Origin: Nitrospirae bacterium RBG_16_64_22
GTDB lineage: Bacteria; Nitrospirota; RBG-16-64-22
Assembly: GCA_001803795.1 (NCBI GenBank)
Contig: MHEK01000060.1
Span: 5,171-46,623, forward strand
DNA length: 41,453 nt
Reading direction: 5' to 3'
This document shows positions 1 through 9,902 of the stretch, in pieces. The position numbers and the translations under genes were made by a program. How positions within the stretch are numbered: position 1 is the first letter of the stretch; the number at the start of each line of letters is the position of its first letter. Below the pieces are notes generated by a model that worked only from the letters and a program-made list of their open reading frames with translations, was not told where the DNA came from and ran no database searches.

Positions 1-959
1 CAAAGAGGTCCCACCCCGTAGGCGGACGAAGCCCCTCCGCAGATCGCATCCAGAATCTCCCGCCCCCCCCGTTCCAGGATCCGCTTCGCGAGCGAGACGC
101 CGAGCGCATCGCTCCTGTCCGACGCGCCCTCGACCTGGTCTCGGATCACGGTTCGTCCATCCAGCGATGCAACCAGCCCAGAGATCATGAGCGATCCGCC
201 CGACACGACCGCATGGGCGGCGATCGGCACCTGGCCTCCTCCTTCGAGCCGTCTGAGAAAAGCCCGCTCGGCGCTGACCGCTGTCCTCGTTTCCGCGTGG
301 TTCAGCGCCTCCACGATCCGGCGGGTCTCCGGATCGTCCACGCGCGTCTCGATCCCGATCGCCCCCTGCCCCACGGCGGGGAGGAGCGCTTCGATTCCGA
401 GATACGCCGAGACGCGGCCGGCGAGCCCCATCCGCTTTAATCCCGCCGCGGCGAGGACGATCGCGTCGTAATCGCCCGAATCGAGCTTCCGGACGCGCGT
501 GTCCACGTTCCCCCGGAGCGTCGCTATTTCGAGATCGGGCCGCAGGTGGAGAAGCTGGGCCTGCCGCCGGAGGGAGCTCGTCCCCACCCGCGCGCATTTC
601 GGGAGTTCGTCGAGCGAAGCGCCCCTTTGGGCGAGCAGGGCGTCGCGCGGGGCTTCGCGCTCGAGGACGGCGGCAAGTCCCAGCCCATCCGGAAAGAAGG
701 CGGGAACATCCTTGAGGGAATGGACGGCGAGATCGACTTCGCCCGAGAGGAGCGCCTCCTCGATCTCTTTCACGAAGAGGCCCTTCCCGCCCACCTGGGC
801 CAAGGGGGAATCGAGGATCTTGTCGCCCGTCGTCTTGATCATGACGATCTCGACCTCCAGTTCCTCGTTCGCGCCCTTGAGAAGGCCTGAGACGTGGTTC
901 GCCTGCCAGAGGGCCAGCGCGCTTCCCCGCGTCCCGATCCGGACCCTGCTCTTTTTCAT
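1..959 (-). CDS. hemC: Hydroxymethylbilane synthase (porphobilinogen deaminase); 3' end at the window edge
   Basis: Manual translation from ATG at 959: MKKSRVRIGTRGSALALWQA...GGKGLFVKEIE...AVHSLKD...GTSSLRR...RGNVDTR; ATGA overlap with hemA stop. Not in the ORF track because no stop falls inside the window. Confidence 0.95.
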   Translation of the reverse strand, partial: MKKSRVRIGTRGSALALWQANHVSGLLKGANEELEVEIVMIKTTGDKILDSPLAQVGGKGLFVKEIEEALLSGEVDLAVHSLKDVPAFFPDGLGLAAVLEREAPRDALLAQRGASLDELPKCARVGTSSLRRQAQLLHLRPDLEIATLRGNVDTRVRKLDSGDYDAIVLAAAGLKRMGLAGRVSAYLGIEALLPAVGQGAIGIETRVDDPETRRIVEALNHAETRTAVSAERAFLRRLEGGGQVPIAAHAVVSGGSLMISGLVASLDGRTVIRDQVEGASDRSDALGVSLAKRILERGGREILDAICGGASSAYGVGPL

Positions 960-2380
960 CCCGCCCCTCCGGGGGCGGAGGACTGAGGACCGGTCGGCGA
1001 ACCTTCTCCCGGCGAATCCCCTCCCGACCCGCCTTTGTCAAAGGGAGGACCGCCGGCATCCCTCTCCTTGCCTGCCTTGCGGTGATGGGGCGGGAAGTTC
1101 TCGTCCAGGTTGAAGAGGCGCCGCGCGGCGGCGATGAACGCCTCGCCCTCCGAGACGCCCGCTTCCGCCTTGATCGCCACGATGGCGGGGTGAAGGATCT
1201 TCCGGACGATCGCCTGCGTGAGGGCGTCGATGGCCTGCCGCCCCTTCTCGTCGATCCCGTTGAGACGCGCAAAGGTCTTCTCCAGCTCGGCCCGCCGGAC
1301 GGCCTCCGCCTTCTCAGAAAGGGCCGTGACCGTCGGAACGGCCGACAGTCCTCTGCTCCGGTCGAGGAACGCGTCTGCTTCCTGGGCGACGATCGCCTCC
1401 GCCCTCTCCGCCTCCATCCGCCGGTTGTCGAGATTCTGGTCGACGACCGCCTGAAGGTCGTCGATATTATAGAGGTAGACGTTCTCGAGATCGCCGACGT
1501 CGGCGTCGATGTCTCGCGGAACGGCGATGTCGATGAAGAAGATCGGACGGCCCTTCCGCTCGCGCATGATCCGCTGGACGGTCTCGGCGTGGATGATCGT
1601 CCGGGGGGCGTCGGTGCAGGAGATGGCGATGTCCGCCTCGCGGAGGGCGCCCGGAAACTCCTCGAACGAGATCGCGCGCCCTCCCAGCTCGTCGGCCAGG
1701 CCCGCCGCCCGTTCGATCGTCCGGCTCGCCACGAGGACCTTCTTCGCGCCTGCCGCGACGAGGTGCCGCGCGGCCAGCTCCCCCATCTCGCCGGCCCCGA
1801 TCAGCAGGACCTCCTTTTGGCCCAGGTCGTCGAAGATCTGCTTCGCCAGCTCGACGGCGGCGTAGCTCACCGAGACGGCGTTCTCGGCGATCCGGGTCTC
1901 CGTGCGCACCCTCTTGGCGACCTGGATCGCCTTCTGGAAGAGGCGGTTCAACACCGGCCCCGTCGTCCCCGCTTCCATCGCCGCCTCGAAGGCGCTCTTG
2001 AACTGCCCGAGGACCTGCGGCTCGCCGAGGACCATCGAGTCCAGGCTTGACGCCACGCGGAAGAGATGGCGCACCGCGTCGCGCCCGGCGTGGACGTAGA
2101 GGACCGGGTCCAGCACTTCGCGCGGAATCCCGTGGTGTCGCGAGAGGAACTCCCGGACATCGGCGATGAAGGGATCGGCCGAACGCTCGCCAGAGCCCCC
2201 GGGACGGGCGACGACCTCCACCCTGTTGCACGTGGACAGGAAAGCCACCTCGTCCGAGCCGGACAGCCCCCGGAGCCCTTCCAGCGCGTCGGCGAGGCTC
2301 CGCTGGGAGACGGCCAGGCGTTCGCGCACCTCGACCGGGGCCGTTTTGTAGCTGACGCCCATGACGATGACGTTGTTCAC
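956..2380 (-). CDS. hemA: Glutamyl-tRNA reductase
   Basis: STCNR, SLDSMVLGEPQVLGQ and GAGEMG motifs; lies between ccsA and hemC. Confidence 0.96.
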   Translation of the reverse strand: MNNVIVMGVSYKTAPVEVRERLAVSQRSLADALEGLRGLSGSDEVAFLSTCNRVEVVARPGGSGERSADPFIADVREFLSRHHGIPREVLDPVLYVHAGRDAVRHLFRVASSLDSMVLGEPQVLGQFKSAFEAAMEAGTTGPVLNRLFQKAIQVAKRVRTETRIAENAVSVSYAAVELAKQIFDDLGQKEVLLIGAGEMGELAARHLVAAGAKKVLVASRTIERAAGLADELGGRAISFEEFPGALREADIAISCTDAPRTIIHAETVQRIMRERKGRPIFFIDIAVPRDIDADVGDLENVYLYNIDDLQAVVDQNLDNRRMEAERAEAIVAQEADAFLDRSRGLSAVPTVTALSEKAEAVRRAELEKTFARLNGIDEKGRQAIDALTQAIVRKILHPAIVAIKAEAGVSEGEAFIAAARRLFNLDENFPPHHRKAGKERDAGGPPFDKGGSGGDSPGEGSPTGPQSSAPGGAG

Positions 2381-2392
2381 GGTTTCGACTCG

Positions 2393-3208
2393 TCAGGCAA
2401 AGGTGTGAAGACCCCTGTAGAGCAGGGCGACGCCGAAGAAAGCCGCCAGGATGAGGCCGAGTCCCGCGACCCCCAGAACGGAGGCCCGATGCCCCCGCCA
2501 GCCCAGAACGATCCGCCCGCTCATGATCAGGCCGTAGAGGAGCCACGTCCCGAAGCCCAGTATCTGTTTCGGATCCCAGAACCAGAGGAGGCCCGGGGCG
2601 TGAGTCGCCAGGATCGATCCGGAGATGATCCCGATCGTCACGAGGGGGAACCCGATCGAAACGACCCGGAACGAGAGCTGGTCCAGGAGCTCCAGCGGAG
2701 GAAGACGCCGCGCCCAGCCCGTGATCCGCTTCGCCTTGAGCGCCCGCTCGTGGAAGAGATAGAGAAGGGAGACCAGCCCGGCCAGGACGAACGCCGCGTG
2801 GCCCGCGAGGATGAAAAGTGCGTGGAACCGGAACCAGACGCTCCGAAGCGCGGGAGAAAGGCCCGCCGCCTCCTTCGGAAGATGGGAGGCGGACGCGAGG
2901 GCGATGAAGACGAACGGGATGACGAAGGCCCCCAGGACCCGCGTCCGCGTGCGCCCCTCGACGACAAGGTAGGCGAGCATGAGGGTCCAGGTGAAAAAGA
3001 GCGTGGTCTCGAAGAGGCTTGTCGCCGGGAGCGTCCCCGCCCGGACATACCGCGCAACGATCGCGAGCGTGTGGACGGCGAACCCCGCCAGGGCGGCGTA
3101 GAACGCCGCGCGGCCGATCTTCTCGCCGGGAACGAGGACGGCCCCGAGGACCAGGCCCATGGCGAGCGCGTAGGCGGCCAGAGTCGCGTAGAAAAGGTGG
3201 AGATCCAT
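2393..3208 (-). CDS. ccsA: Cytochrome c biogenesis / HemX-like membrane protein (CcsA family)
   Basis: Multiple TM helices, WFWDPK motif, conserved His; typical position upstream of hemA. Confidence 0.85.
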   Translation of the reverse strand: MDLHLFYATLAAYALAMGLVLGAVLVPGEKIGRAAFYAALAGFAVHTLAIVARYVRAGTLPATSLFETTLFFTWTLMLAYLVVEGRTRTRVLGAFVIPFVFIALASASHLPKEAAGLSPALRSVWFRFHALFILAGHAAFVLAGLVSLLYLFHERALKAKRITGWARRLPPLELLDQLSFRVVSIGFPLVTIGIISGSILATHAPGLLWFWDPKQILGFGTWLLYGLIMSGRIVLGWRGHRASVLGVAGLGLILAAFFGVALLYRGLHTFA

Positions 3209-3334
3209 TGACGGTTCACGCCTCGATGGGGGGACAAGCTTTTGAATTATAGACGACCGCTTGGAGTCAAGGCAAGGCGGCGGAATGAGGAACCTTTCGG
3301 GGCTTCAATGGACCATTCCCCGATTGCCCGGCTT

Positions 3335-4234
3335 TCAGTCCGGTGGAGACGAGACGCCAGCCCTCGCCAGGATCGAAACGAACGTCTCCTCGACCGGGCT
3401 CAGGGCCGCTCCTTTTCGATGAACGATGCCTAGGACGCGCGTGATCGGCGGGCCGGAGAGAGGCCGGACGGCGAGCCGTCTTCCCCGGGCCGCCTCGGCC
3501 ACGGCCGTCTCGGGGAGGATCGCGATCCCCAGCCCCATCTCGACGGAGACGCGGATCGTGTCGAGGTAGGGTATCTCCTGGACGGAGCCGAGGGGAACTT
3601 TCGCTTTCCGGAAGGCGGACTCGATCGCCGCCCGCGTCGTCGTTCCAACCTGCGGGAGAAGAAGAGGCTCTCCCGACAACCGGCCCAATGGGACTTGCTT
3701 GAGCGCGGCGAGAGGATGGCCGATCGGCAGGGCGGCGACGAAACGGTCCTCCCAGGCGGGTCTCACGACGAGGCCGGCCCGCCTGGATGGAAGCGTCACG
3801 ACGCCGATGTCGACCTCTCCCGAAACGACCTTTTCGACGATCTCTTCCGACCCACCGTACACGACGCGGAGGAGGACGTCGGTGTGCCTCCGGCGGAACT
3901 CCCTCATGGGCGCGGGCAAACGATGGAGGGCGATGTGATGGCTCGTCCCGAGGACGAGAGATCGCCGCGCGGCCCCCGCCGCCTCGCGGACCCGCCGGGA
4001 GACTTCCTCGACGTGGTGGAGGATCGAAGCGGCGTCCCGGCGCAACTGCCGTCCCGCCGCGGTCAACCGGAGCCCCCGGCCGGCCCGCTCGAAGAGGCGC
4101 GCCCCAAGGTCCTCTTCGAAGAGCTTGATCTGCCTGCTTAGCGCCGGCTGACTGCGGTGCCGCCTGTCCGCCGCGGCCCGGATGCTCCCCGTTTCGACGA
4201 CCGCCAGGAATGTCCGAAGCGCTTCCAGATCCAT
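3335..4234 (-). CDS. LysR-family transcriptional regulator, divergent from leuCD
   Basis: N-terminal HTH (GSIRAAA...SQPALSRQIKLFEEDLG...LTAAG) plus substrate-binding domain. Confidence 0.93.
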   Translation of the reverse strand: MDLEALRTFLAVVETGSIRAAADRRHRSQPALSRQIKLFEEDLGARLFERAGRGLRLTAAGRQLRRDAASILHHVEEVSRRVREAAGAARRSLVLGTSHHIALHRLPAPMREFRRRHTDVLLRVVYGGSEEIVEKVVSGEVDIGVVTLPSRRAGLVVRPAWEDRFVAALPIGHPLAALKQVPLGRLSGEPLLLPQVGTTTRAAIESAFRKAKVPLGSVQEIPYLDTIRVSVEMGLGIAILPETAVAEAARGRRLAVRPLSGPPITRVLGIVHRKGAALSPVEETFVSILARAGVSSPPD

Positions 4235-4330
4235 TCAATTATTTTATCATTGTGAAAGAATTATTCAACTTTTCTTATATGCGGCCCTCTGGCATAATTC
4301 CATTCGAGACGGCAACCGTTAGGAGGTCCA

Positions 4331-5731
4331 ATGTCTTTTACGCTTCTCGACAAGATCTGGAACGCGCACGTCGTCCGGGAGGAGCCGGGCGGGGCGGCGA
4401 TTCTCTACATCGACCGCCATCTCGTTCACGAAGTCACTTCACCCCAGGCCTTCGAGGGGCTCCGGATGGCGGGCCGGAAGGTCCGGCGGGCCGAGGCGAC
4501 GTTCGCCGTCCCCGACCACAACGTCCCGACGAAGGACCGGGAGAAGGGAATCACCGATCCCGTCTCCGCCCTCCAGGTGGAGACCCTCCGGCGGAACTGC
4601 CGCGAGTTCGGCGTCACCCTCTTCGACATGGGCGACAAGCGCCAGGGGGTCGTCCACGTCATGGCCCCGGAGCAGGGAATCTCGCTCCCCGGCGCGACGA
4701 TCGTCTGCGGCGACTCTCACACGGCGACGCACGGGGCCATGGGGGCGCTGGCCTTCGGGATCGGGACGAGCGAGGTGGAGCACGTCCTCGCGACCTCCTG
4801 CCTCGTCCAGAAGAAGCCGAAGACGATGGAGATCCGCGTGGAGGGCCGCCCGCATCCGGCCGTGACGGCCAAGGACCTGATCCTCGCCATCATCGGGCGG
4901 ATCGGCACGGCGGGCGGCACGGGGTACGCGGTCGAGTTCACGGGGGAGGCGGTCCGCGCCCTCTCGATGGAAGGGCGGATGACGCTCTGCAACATGGCGA
5001 TCGAGGCCGGGGCACGCTCCGGGATGGTCGCGCCCGACGAAAAAACGTTCGAGTACTTGAAGGGGAGGCCCTACGCGCCCAAGGGGGCGGACTGGGACGC
5101 AGCCGTCAAGTCGTGGAGAGCGCTCCCGTCCGATCCGGGGGCGCCGTACGATCGTTCGATCGTCGTTCGCGCGGAGGAGATCGCTCCCCAAGTCACGTGG
5201 GGGACGAGCCCGGAGATGGTCGCGCCGGTCGACGGCCGGGTCCCCGACCCGGCGGAGGAGAAGGATCCCGTCCGCCGCGTCGCGATTGAAAACGCCCTGG
5301 GCTACATGGGCCTCTCGCCGAACACGCCGATCACCGAGATCCCGATCGACCGCGTCTTCATCGGCTCCTGCACGAACGGCCGGATCGAGGACCTGCGCGA
5401 GGCGGCCCGCGCCGCGAGGGGAAAACGTGTCGCGGCCGGCGTCTCGGCCATGGTCGTCCCCGGCTCGGGCCTCGTGAAGGAGCAGGCCGAGCGGGAGGGT
5501 CTCGATGGAATCTTCATTGAGGCGGGATTCGAGTGGCGGGAACCGGGGTGCTCCATGTGCCTGGCGATGAACGACGACGTCCTCGCGCCGGGCGAAAGGT
5601 GCGCCTCGACGTCGAACCGGAACTTCGAGGGTCGGCAGGGAAAAGGCGGACGCACGCACCTCGTCTCCCCCGCAATGGCCGCCGCCGCGGCGGTCCAGGG
5701 GCGCTTCGTTGACGTGAGAAAGGAGCAGTGA
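4331..5731 (+). CDS. leuC: 3-isopropylmalate dehydratase large subunit
   Basis: [27 protein letters not shown] and [12 protein letters not shown] motifs; AGGAGG RBS. Confidence 0.97.
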   Translation: MSFTLLDKIWNAHVVREEPGGAAILYIDRHLVHEVTSPQAFEGLRMAGRKVRRAEATFAVPDHNVPTKDREKGITDPVSALQVETLRRNCREFGVTLFDMGDKRQGVVHVMAPEQGISLPGATIVCGDSHTATHGAMGALAFGIGTSEVEHVLATSCLVQKKPKTMEIRVEGRPHPAVTAKDLILAIIGRIGTAGGTGYAVEFTGEAVRALSMEGRMTLCNMAIEAGARSGMVAPDEKTFEYLKGRPYAPKGADWDAAVKSWRALPSDPGAPYDRSIVVRAEEIAPQVTWGTSPEMVAPVDGRVPDPAEEKDPVRRVAIENALGYMGLSPNTPITEIPIDRVFIGSCTNGRIEDLREAARAARGKRVAAGVSAMVVPGSGLVKEQAEREGLDGIFIEAGFEWREPGCSMCLAMNDDVLAPGERCASTSNRNFEGRQGKGGRTHLVSPAMAAAAAVQGRFVDVRKEQ

Positions 5732-6345
5732 TGGAGCCGTTTACCGTTCTCGAATCAGTTTACATGCCCCTCGACCGTCCCAACGTCGACACGGACGCGA
5801 TCATTCCCAAACAGTTCCTCAAGACGATCGAGCGGACGGGGCTGGGGAAAAACCTTTTCTTCGACTGGCGGTACAGGGAGGACGGAAGCCCGGACCCGGC
5901 GTTCGTCCTGAACGATCCATGCTACCACGAGGCGCGGATCCTTCTCGCGCGTGAGAACTTCGGCTGCGGCTCGTCGCGGGAGCACGCCCCCTGGGCGCTC
6001 CTCGACTACGGCTTCCGCTGCATCATCGCGCCGTCGTTCGCCGACATCTTCTACAACAACTGCTTCAAGAACGGGATCCTCCCGGTCGTCCTGTCCGCGG
6101 ACGACGTGGACCGCCTCTTCCGCGACGTTGCGAAAACGCCCGGATGCCGCGTGAGCGTCGACCTCGCGTCCCAGACGGTCATCACCCAGGACGGATCGGT
6201 CCACGCCTTCCAGATCGACCCCTTCCGGAAGGAATGCCTCCTCAAGGGATTGGACGAGATCGGCCTGACCCTCCGGCACGAACCGGAGATCGCCGCGTAC
6301 GAGACCCGGCGCCGCGCCGAGGCCCCCTGGCTGTTCGCCCTTTAG
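5731..6345 (+). CDS. leuD: 3-isopropylmalate dehydratase small subunit
   Basis: [24 protein letters not shown] and FADIFYNN motifs; start could also be GTG 5728. Confidence 0.97.
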   Translation: MEPFTVLESVYMPLDRPNVDTDAIIPKQFLKTIERTGLGKNLFFDWRYREDGSPDPAFVLNDPCYHEARILLARENFGCGSSREHAPWALLDYGFRCIIAPSFADIFYNNCFKNGILPVVLSADDVDRLFRDVAKTPGCRVSVDLASQTVITQDGSVHAFQIDPFRKECLLKGLDEIGLTLRHEPEIAAYETRRRAEAPWLFAL

Positions 6346-6357
6346 CCCGGCGATGTC

Positions 6358-7308
6358 ATGAAAGCCGACCCCCGCCTCGCCATGTCCCTCGTCCTCGACG
6401 AGATGTTCGACCTGGAGCTTTACAAACAGCTCCGGGCGATGACGGACGGCGGCCTCGCGCGGATGCTCGACGATCTCATCCCGATCGAGGTCAAGCACGT
6501 CAATTTCTGGCAGGAGTTCTTCGACCTTCGCGTGGACGGCCTCGACTTCGGACGAAGGATCAAACTCGGCCTGATCGCCGGGCTCTGCCGCCTCTTCGGC
6601 ACGACGGCCATCCACCTGGTCCTCGAGGCCACGGAGATCTACGGCCTCCGGAAATACCTCTCCATCTGGGACGTCTACAAGGACCAGCCGCTCGGCCAGG
6701 CTGTCCGGGAGGTCCTCACCGACGAGTTCAAACACGAGGACGCGATCGTCTCGGAACTCGTGGAGCGGAAGATCAATCCGGAAAAGATCCGGAACGTCTT
6801 CCTGGGATTCAACGACGGCCTGGTGGAAATCCTCGGCGCCGTGAGCGGCTTTTTCGCCGCCTTCGGCGAGGCCGCCTCGGTCCTGGTCGCGAGCCTCACG
6901 GTGGCCGTCGCGGGTTCTCTCTCCATGTCGGCCGGCGTCTTCGCCTCGACCAGCTCCGAGAAGGAAGTCGTCCGGATGGAGCGCGGAAAGGCCCGCTTCC
7001 TCGGAGGGGGGATGGAGACCGCTCCCGACGAGGACAAGCCTCTCTCCCTGGCCTTCGTCGTGGGCGTCAGTTATTTCATCGGCGCGATGGTCCCCGTTAT
7101 TCCCGTCCTCTTCGGCGCCCGGAGCCTCGTTCTCTCCGTCCTAATGGGGGGCGGCATGGCCGTCCTCGTCTCGCTCGTCCTGGCCTACCTGTCCGGAATG
7201 GACGTGAGGAAACGGATCGCCATGAACCTGCTCATCATTACTCTCGCGGTGAGCGTCACCTACGCGATCGGCCTGGCGGCCAAGAGCCTATGGGGAATTT
7301 CCGTCTAG
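6358..7308 (+). CDS. Rubrerythrin/ferritin-like domain fused to a VIT1/CCC1 transporter domain
   Basis: N-terminal ExxH pairs (EVKH, EFKH); C-terminal VFLGFNDGLVE and SMSAG VIT1 motifs with TM helices. Confidence 0.85.
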   Translation: MKADPRLAMSLVLDEMFDLELYKQLRAMTDGGLARMLDDLIPIEVKHVNFWQEFFDLRVDGLDFGRRIKLGLIAGLCRLFGTTAIHLVLEATEIYGLRKYLSIWDVYKDQPLGQAVREVLTDEFKHEDAIVSELVERKINPEKIRNVFLGFNDGLVEILGAVSGFFAAFGEAASVLVASLTVAVAGSLSMSAGVFASTSSEKEVVRMERGKARFLGGGMETAPDEDKPLSLAFVVGVSYFIGAMVPVIPVLFGARSLVLSVLMGGGMAVLVSLVLAYLSGMDVRKRIAMNLLIITLAVSVTYAIGLAAKSLWGISV

Positions 7309-7328
7309 CTCCATCGGCGGAGACCAGA

Positions 7329-8510
7329 ATGCCGCGCCCGCGACTGTCCGGCAAACAACGCGCGCTTCTCCTCGAAATCGTCTCCCAGCCGACAGCCCCG
7401 TTCCGGGAACACCGCGTCGCCGCCGTCGCGACGCGGACGCTTGAGGAAGCCCGCGTGCCGTTCTTCGAGGACCCAGCCGGGAACATCGTCGTCGGCGTCC
7501 CCTCAAGGCCGGCCTACGCGCGGCTGGTCCGGGAGAAAAGCAGAGAGCCCGTCCGCTTCTTCATGGCTCACATGGACCATCCCGGCTTCCACGGCCTTTC
7601 ATGGATCGCGGCGGACCGCCTCAAGGTGAAGTGGCACGGGGCGTCTCCGGTCGCACGACTGATCGGGGCCCCTGTCTGGATCGCCGCGGTTGATGGGAAC
7701 GAGGTCGGCGGCAGGATCGCCGCTGTAAAGCCCGCCCGGTCCGGCCGCGGGATCGACACGGCCGAGATTAGCGTAGACTCAGAGCCCTTCCCGCGACGCG
7801 ACGCGAAGACGGCCTTCGGCGGCTTCCGGTTCAAGTCACCCGTCTGGACAATCGGGAACCGGGTGTACGCGAGGGCGGCCGACGACCTCATCGGCGTCTT
7901 TACGCTTGTCTGGACGGCCATCGACGTCTTCTCCCCCAGGAAACGATCCTCGCCTCCGTTTGTCGGCCTCCTCACGCGGGCGGAGGAAGTGGGGTTCATC
8001 GGCGCCATCGCCCACTTCGAGAGGGGCTGGCTCGCGCGCGCCGGAAGACCGATCGTTTGCGTCAGCCTCGAAACTTCCCGGGCCCTCCCGGGGGCCGAGA
8101 TCGGCCGAGGCCCGGTCGTTCGGCTGGGGGACCGCCAGACCGTCTTCAACCCGGGGGAAACGGCGGTTCTTTCGACCGTCGCGGAAAAAACGCTCGGGAA
8201 GAACCACCAGCGCCGGATCATGGATGCCGGGACGTGCGAGGCGGCCGCGGCCCTCGCGTTCGGCTTTTCGGCCGTGGGAATCTCCGTCCCTCTCGGAAAC
8301 TATCACAACCAGTCGATCGAAGGCGGTCCCGACAGCCGAGGCCCCGGCGGCCCCGCTCCCGAATTCGTGGACCTCCGGGACGTGGCCGGCGAACTCGCCC
8401 TGTGCGCCGCCCTCCTGAAACCGGGCCTTCCGTGGGCCGACCCATGGCGGGCGCTCAGGAACCGCCTCCGGAAGCGCTTCGCCGCCTGCCGGCCGTTGCT
8501 CGACGGATAG
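7329..8510 (+). CDS. M20/M28/M42-type metallopeptidase/hydrolase
   Basis: AHMDH, ADD, AEEVG, SLE and GNYHN metal-ligand pattern; start is the ATG at 7329 inside the longer ORF 6144..8510. Confidence 0.75.
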   Translation: MPRPRLSGKQRALLLEIVSQPTAPFREHRVAAVATRTLEEARVPFFEDPAGNIVVGVPSRPAYARLVREKSREPVRFFMAHMDHPGFHGLSWIAADRLKVKWHGASPVARLIGAPVWIAAVDGNEVGGRIAAVKPARSGRGIDTAEISVDSEPFPRRDAKTAFGGFRFKSPVWTIGNRVYARAADDLIGVFTLVWTAIDVFSPRKRSSPPFVGLLTRAEEVGFIGAIAHFERGWLARAGRPIVCVSLETSRALPGAEIGRGPVVRLGDRQTVFNPGETAVLSTVAEKTLGKNHQRRIMDAGTCEAAAALAFGFSAVGISVPLGNYHNQSIEGGPDSRGPGGPAPEFVDLRDVAGELALCAALLKPGLPWADPWRALRNRLRKRFAACRPLLDG

Positions 8511-8599
8511 ACTTCTTTGGGCTTGCCGAATGGGGGCGCGTGGCCTAATGTAGTTCGGCCCTCGTGTTTACACAACCTGTCGCCGGGAAATCCGCTCCA

Positions 8600-9295
8600 A
8601 TGACTCAACCTTCGGCCGGAAAACCGCCCGATGTCTTGTTCCTCATGGCGTCCGGATGCCATTGTCAACACTGCTCGAACGTCCTCCAGGGACTCACCCA
8701 GCTCGTCCACGAAGGATCGATCGGGAGGCTCGAGGTCGTCAACGTGAAGATGTTTCCCGAGCGCGCCGAGGCGCTGGGCGTCGATACGGTCCCCTGGATC
8801 CGGATCGGCCCGTTCGAGCTGGAGGGAATGCTCTCTCTCGACCAACTCCGCGAGTGGCTGGGGCGGAAAGACGACGAAGAGGGAATGGCGGCGTACTTCG
8901 AATATCTCCTCGCGTCCGGCCGGCGGGAGAAGGTCGTGGAAATCGTCCGCCGCGAGCCGGACCGGACGCGATCGCTGACCCGGCTCCTCGGACGCGTCAA
9001 GACGACCCTCCACGTTCGGCTCGGGATCGGCGCCGTGCTTGAGGAACTGCGAGGCACGGACGCGGTCCGCTCCATCGTCCAGGACCTGGGCCGTCTCACG
9101 ACGGACGGCGACACGCGGGTCCGGGGCGACGCCTGCTACCTCCTGACGTTCACGCACGCCGCCTCAGCCGTCCCGTACCTGACGGCCTGCCGCCGGGACC
9201 CGGACAAGGACGTGCGCGAGATCGCCGAAGAGGCCCTGGAAGTCCTGCGGGCGGAAGGCGTCATTCCGCGCCAAACAAGCCCGGCATCGCCTTGA
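8600..9295 (+). CDS. Thioredoxin-fold (CxxC) protein with C-terminal HEAT-like repeats
   Basis: CHCQHC, cis-Pro-like TVP; VRGDAC and DPDKDVREIAEEAL HEAT-type motifs. Alternative GTG start at 8564. Confidence 0.7.
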   Translation: MTQPSAGKPPDVLFLMASGCHCQHCSNVLQGLTQLVHEGSIGRLEVVNVKMFPERAEALGVDTVPWIRIGPFELEGMLSLDQLREWLGRKDDEEGMAAYFEYLLASGRREKVVEIVRREPDRTRSLTRLLGRVKTTLHVRLGIGAVLEELRGTDAVRSIVQDLGRLTTDGDTRVRGDACYLLTFTHAASAVPYLTACRRDPDKDVREIAEEALEVLRAEGVIPRQTSPASP

Positions 9296-9320
9296 CAGAG
9301 CCACGGACGTCGGCTATGAT
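9292..9320 (+). promoter_or_regulatory. sigma70-type promoter for the tRNA locus
   Basis: TTGACA(9292)-N17-TATGAT(9315). Confidence 0.8.
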
Positions 9321-9347
9321 CCTTTCCGCTTGCGCAATCAACATCTT

Positions 9348-9529
9348 GGGGCTGTAGCGCAGTTGGGAGCGCGTCCCGATCGCCTTCGGGAAGGTCAGGG
9401 GTTAGGAAGGGCAGTTGTTCCAGAGAGAGTTTCGGAATGGGGCTGTAGCGCAGTTGGGAGCGCGTCCCGATCGCCTTCGGGAAGGTCAGGGGTTAGGAAG
9501 GGCAGTTGTTCCAGAGAGAGTTTCGGAAT
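9348..9529 (+). repeat. Two identical 91-bp tandem tRNA-Ala-derived units (pseudo-tRNA)
   Basis: Units start at 9348 and 9439; each has the tRNA 5' acceptor strand and D-arm, a foreign hairpin, AGGTCAGGGGTT, then non-tRNA sequence. Confidence 0.95.
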
Positions 9530-9605
9530 GGGGCTGTAGCGCAGTTGGGAGCGCGCGTGAATGGCATTCACGAGGTCAGGGGTTCGATCCCCCTCAGCTC
9601 CACCA
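9530..9605 (+). tRNA. tRNA-Ala(GGC)
   Basis: 76-nt cloverleaf: acceptor GGGGCTG/CAGCTCC with G3:U70, anticodon arm CGTGA-ATGGCAT-TCACG, GGTTCGATCC, encoded CCA. Confidence 0.98.
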
Positions 9606-9618
9606 AAAAAACTCTATG

Positions 9619-9778
9619 ATCCCAGAATCCGCAGATGGACGCAGATAACGCACGGCAGAATCAAAGTAGTGTTACACACATCCGACTCACCTTCGGGGTG
9701 ATGCCGGTCTTCAAGAGAGGTTTCTAAGAAATCTGCGCTTATCTGCAAAATCTGCGGATGAACTGCTTTTTCTAGGAT
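9619..9778. mobile_element. MITE-like element, family A copy 1
   Basis: Imperfect TIRs ATCCCAGAATCCGCAGAT and rc ATCCTAGAAAAAGCAGTT; internal CGCAGAT/ATCTGCG inverted repeats; end 16-mer identical to 29690-29705. Confidence 0.65.
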
Positions 9779-9788
9779 GATTTCGCCC

Positions 9789-9818
9789 TTGACGCGGGCA
9801 GAGAGTGTGTGGCATAGT
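9789..9818 (+). promoter_or_regulatory. Putative sigma70 promoter upstream of the cspA leader
   Basis: TTGACG-N18-CATAGT with extended -10 TG. Confidence 0.5.
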
Positions 9819-9869
9819 GATCGCCAGATTGTGGTCCGGTTTTTGTTCCAGTTGAATGCAGAGACATTT

Positions 9870-9902
9870 AACCGCAAAGCCAAACCGCTTTGCGGTTTTT
9901 TT
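9870..9902 (+). terminator. Intrinsic terminator-like hairpin within the cspA upstream region
   Basis: AACCGCAAAGC-caaacc-GCTTTGCGGTT followed by a T run. Confidence 0.6.

Noticed and set aside
3246-3270. sigma70 promoter for ccsA (TTGACT...TATAAT)
   Set aside because: The spacer is only 13 nt, so I could not support it as a pair.
3335-6345. LysR divergent from leuCD as a novelty
   Set aside because: This arrangement is already known in other bacteria.
6144-7328. 788-aa ORF as one protein
   Set aside because: The N-terminal half is an off-frame overlap of leuD and the VIT1 gene; protein-like sequence begins at ATG 7329.
9348-9556. CRISPR array
   Set aside because: The units are identical with no unique spacers, are tRNA-derived, and no cas genes are present.
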